Assembly: GCA_030248215.1 (NCBI GenBank)
Contig: JASANG010000440.1
Coordinates: 372,001-436,000, forward strand
DNA: 64,000 nt
Reading direction: 5' to 3'
From: Enoplolaimus lenunculus
Lineage: Eukaryota
A program made the translations under genes and the position numbers. Shown here in pieces: positions 60,701-64,000 of this stretch (position 1 is the first letter of the stretch; the number at the start of each line of letters is the position of its first letter). The notes beneath the pieces were generated by a model. The model ran no database searches, was not told where the DNA came from, and was given only the letters and a program-made list of their open reading frames with translations.

Positions 60701-63431
60701 TAGGCTTAGGTTTACACTTAGACTGAGGAACTCATTTTTGCAACGCTTTGGCTTAGGCTTAAGCTTAGGAATACGCTTAATCTACTGTTACGCCCACAAA
60801 AGTAACATTGGCCTGAAAATCAATAGAAAAACAATGGTACACCACTTTTCTGAAACTTCTTTCCTGCATCTAATCTGTCTGTTACTAGTTTTCCGTTTCC
60901 GGTATTTTTACTATCAAATATACCTTTATCACTTGGTCTCTCTTACTTTTCACTGTATTTTTAGACAATATCCACCCACAACTGAAACACGAGAGTGCAG
61001 CCAGCAGAGTTTTCGTGTGGTTCAACTCACCCCAGAAAAATGGTCCCTCCGTTGAAATTTTTTCGACCCTGAATATAAATTAAATAAAATCTTCGCAGTC
61101 TCGTTCAAAATATCTTTACCCTTCTGAGGCATCGCGGGCAGGCCATGCTATAAGCCCGTATTCTTAAAAGTATGTAGCAACTATCACCAGTGGCTGATAG
61201 GTAGTGTAACTTTGCAACCAGCCCATGGTGACGTTCAAATTTCACCACATAGTTCGCATTTCATTTGTCCTACTTCTGTACCAGTTTTGAGATCTGCAAC
61301 TGCAGATGTTCGTCTGTTTGAAAGCCTATCCCTAATTGATGACAGGTGTTATACGCATTTGAGAATATGGGTCCTAGTCGCAAGGACCATGTTGGTTCAA
61401 AATTTACGTCTAATGATTGCGCTGTATTTTTCTATGCCGCACAAGGCCGCCCGGTACAGCGCTGGACTCGAGGCGTCGACGCGATTATTGCGCATCTCTT
61501 ATCGTTCTGCTCATGACAGACACAGTCCATTTCCTACCATAGTTAATATCCTCAAAAATTGAGCTGAGTACTAAAAATTTGAGTTGCAAATATTAACGCT
61601 TAATCAAACTTGTTTCCAAGCTTATACCGTGAACCAGGGTGCAAAGCGAAACTGGATTATACCGTGATCGGAATCGGAATCGGAACAGCAAATTCATACC
61701 GCAATCGCAATCGGAACTACAAAATTTGTGATTATAAGAATAATTTGTATTATAACAAGTGTAGTATTGATTAAGGGTGTATGTTTTCTGGTAACAATTT
61801 TCGAAAATGTCGCATGAACAAATTGGCAATCATTTTTTGGTCTTGTATATAAAGCTAAACTAAAATCAATTATTGATAATTTTAACTTATCGAAAACAAT
61901 TTAATAGATAAATGATGCAGAAATTTTATACAACATACACAACAAGTCTCCTAAAATTAAACTGTCGAAATTCCGATTCCGATAGATTGTGCAATCGGAA
62001 TCGGAACTCGTTTTGAATCGGAATTCTAATCGGAATCGGAATTCAATTCGACTGCGCCAAAGTCACAATTTCAACTCACACAAGTCGCTCAGTGAGTCGA
62101 ATTGGAGTCTGGCACAGTCGAATTTGACTCAGTTTGTGTAGTCTGGAAAAGCCTATTTCGGAGAGATTCTACTTGACTCACCATTTTTTGCAGTGCACTC
62201 GTAATATTTGCAGACTCGAAAAACGCAATTTCATAGGCTGCAAATAAACTTGCATACGCAATCTCGCTCGATATCCTCGCAAAAACGTTTATAAACAAAG
62301 TCTCCACCCCCCGAACATGAAATCACGGCTTCAAGCACTGGTCGCAAGCGAAACTTACACATCTGATGTATCGAGAAGGCAAACCAAGTGGTCGAAGCCA
62401 TCAACGCGAAGCGTTTGTTGCAGTTCAGCAATCACTTGACGCAACGTTGAATCTGCGTCAAAATGCATGGGAAACGTGTCGATCCATAACCTGAAACAAA
62501 CGATCAAACGATCCATCGTCAGTCCACGTCGGGACTTCAGAGCTAAACTGGGGCTTAGGATCCCGAGTTAAGCGCTCAACCCCTGCGTCACGCAGTCCGC
62601 CTCTCCAACTACTTTTTTTCATCGACTATATTTGTCGAAACGTACGCTGTCGGCAAGCATACCATACAATGTACATTGCATATATTGCATATGCACCAGG
62701 ACATGCAGGTCTCACATGCTTACAGACGTGACAACTCGAGTTTAGTTTCAACGCAAGTTGACATTTTTAGATTTGTAGCTTTGGCTTTAACTCGAACGAT
62801 CTCATTGACCATCAATCTATAGATTGAAAAAGGCAAACCATTAAATATATACTGGCTGGACAGAGTCGGATCCCCAAAAATTTCCGACGGGGGGTGACGC
62901 CCCTCCCCCAGCCCCCCCTCTGGAACCGCTAGTGTGGCCGGCTTCACAGAGACACGACTAAATCCAATTTCAACTCAAATGTCGAGATTTTACTGAAATT
63001 TTAAGTTTTGAAACTGAACCAAAACATTCCAAGGGGGGTTAAAATTTTTGTTGGAAGTAATGAATTTGCTCACCTCTGCCTCTGTCCGTGGGCCTGTAAA
63101 ACGCAATCAATAAGTAAACATTACCGTATAGCGTGGCACAACTTGAACCGATAATTATAACTAAGACAACGCATGGTAGTATGATCACACGAGTTAGTGT
63201 CCAGTTCCACTGTTGACCTGGGGGTCGCGTCTCTCTGACCGGCACCAACCCCACCTGTTGTACCCGGAGGTCCAACTGTGATCCCGTAAGGCTGACACGT
63301 AGTTGAAGGTCCGTTACTGTGATATAAATCAATAAATATCCGTCCAAACTCCGACGAACAAATGTACCATTGTGATATGAGAAATAACGTTCGTGGAAAC
63401 GCCGATTGGGCCACAATTTCACCCGAATCAT
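38149..63431 (-). CDS. rgef-1: Ras guanyl-releasing protein (RasGRP/CalDAG-GEF family), 5'-partial
   Basis: 15 phase-compatible exons in transcript order: 63431-63125, 62490-62359, 52540-52399, 51356-51276, 50652-50560, 49460-49344, 48485-48388, 47058-46872, 46243-46166, 45248-45144, 44287-44172, 42738-42591, 41091-40884, 39827-39383, 38953-38149. Domains: REM ([16 protein letters not shown]), CDC25 GEF ([42 protein letters not shown]), EF-hand pair ([28 protein letters not shown]), C1 ([50 protein letters not shown]). Confidence 0.95.
42017..42279 (-). mobile_element. piggyBac-like MITE family E, inverted copy of 6911-7173
   Basis: TTAA flanks at 42013-42016 and 42280-42283, CCC/GGG termini. 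Confidence 0.8.
43250..43721 (-). repeat. Interstitial telomeric repeat (TTAGGC)n with interspersed TTATGC variants, ~75 units, in a RasGRP intron
   Basis: Long GCCTAA run on + with GCATAA variants. TTAGGC is the established nematode telomere repeat. Confidence 0.95.
44363..44565. repeat. 31-bp minisatellite, ~6 copies
   Basis: Unit CGTCCGTAACCGTGAGTCACCTGTACGGCGY, period 31. Confidence 0.9.
44966..45156. repeat. 38-bp tandem repeat x5 spanning a RasGRP splice donor
   Basis: Unit AATGACATCATTTACAGAAACTGACCTCAACCATGGCT. The last copy overlaps exon 45248-45144. Confidence 0.9.
47035..47721. repeat. 77-bp tandem repeat x9 spanning a RasGRP splice acceptor
   Basis: Units start at 47035, 47112, 47189, 47266, 47343, 47420, 47497, 47574 and 47651. 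The first copy overlaps exon 47058-46872. Confidence 0.95.
50017..50470. repeat. 43-bp minisatellite, ~10 copies
   Basis: Unit TATAGAAAAATAACCAATCAGTACAAGATTCGGCTTTCTATAA. Confidence 0.92.
54300..54520. repeat. Degenerate (AAT)n microsatellite
   Basis: Imperfect AAT run. Confidence 0.85.
56204..56275 (+). pseudogene. tRNA-like sequence (probable pseudo-tRNA or SINE head), anticodon CGA on a short-variable-arm body
   Basis: 72 nt, perfect acceptor stem GACCACA/TGTGGTC, AGTGGT D-loop, anticodon arm CTTGG-TTCGAGC-GCAAG, GGTTCAATTCC B-box. The D and T stems carry mismatches. Confidence 0.55.
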
Positions 63432-64000
63432 CTAAAAAATAAAATAAAAACATTTTCAAATTAAAATTTAAATGTTAAAATTTACTGACAAAAATTTATT
63501 TTGTTTAAATTTAAGAAACAAATTAAACTTTCGGCCTGTGCTAACTATACAAGCGTCTAAGCACTAGTTTACGCCTAAACCCAAACCTAGGTCTAAGCCT
63601 AAGCGTAAGCCTAAATGTAGGCTTTATACCTCATCTTAAACCTGAGCCTAAGCCTACCAGAGTGAAACATAGTAAGTAGTGCGTTTGGGTCAACTTTTTT
63701 GCATTCCTTCCAAGATGTTTTGAGAGAAAATAGAGTAACTAGAAATTTTTTACTGTACGTATAATTTGCATTAACCAATATAATATTGATTTAGGGTGTC
63801 TGTTGGCTGGCAACAGTTTTCATAAACGTTACATGAACAAAGTGACGATGATTTTTGGCTCTGTAAAGCTGAACTACACCTATTATTGATAAGTTAACTC
63901 ATCGAAAGCAATTTAATAGATAAACGATGCAGAGTTTTTATGCAACATGTCACAACAAATAGAATTAAAATTAAAATTTAAAAATTCCGATTCCGATTGA

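Noticed and set aside
1..64000. Autonomous transposon (transposase or reverse transcriptase ORF)
   Set aside because: No long ORF or catalytic motifs were seen. All elements found are short and non-autonomous.

Overview
AT-rich, intron-rich eukaryotic DNA, most likely from a nematode: the myosin sequences are UNC-54-like and the nematode telomere hexamer TTAGGC is abundant. I reconstructed three genes by hand from splice sites and reading phase. (1) The last 9 exons of a muscle myosin II heavy chain (+, 681-7287). (2) Directly downstream, a 24-exon gene (+, 10753-32264, ~1138 aa) encoding a full myosin rod (S2+LMM+tailpiece) behind only a 24-aa leader, with no motor or IQ region. This is either a stand-alone headless myosin-rod paralog or a second, alternative rod cassette for the upstream myosin, and is the main candidate for an undescribed system here. 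(3) A convergent, 5'-truncated RasGRP/rgef-1 gene (-, 38149-63431; REM, CDC25 GEF, EF-hand pair, C1, long low-complexity tail). Introns hold at least five MITE families, including one carrying telomeric repeats with 8-bp TSDs and a piggyBac-like one carrying a tRNA-Gly-like segment. There are also tRNA-like relics and many minisatellites, two of which multiply splice sites of RasGRP exons. Coordinates were counted by eye and may be off by a few bases at repeat edges. Most entries in the supplied ORF track are spurious or partial-exon ORFs.
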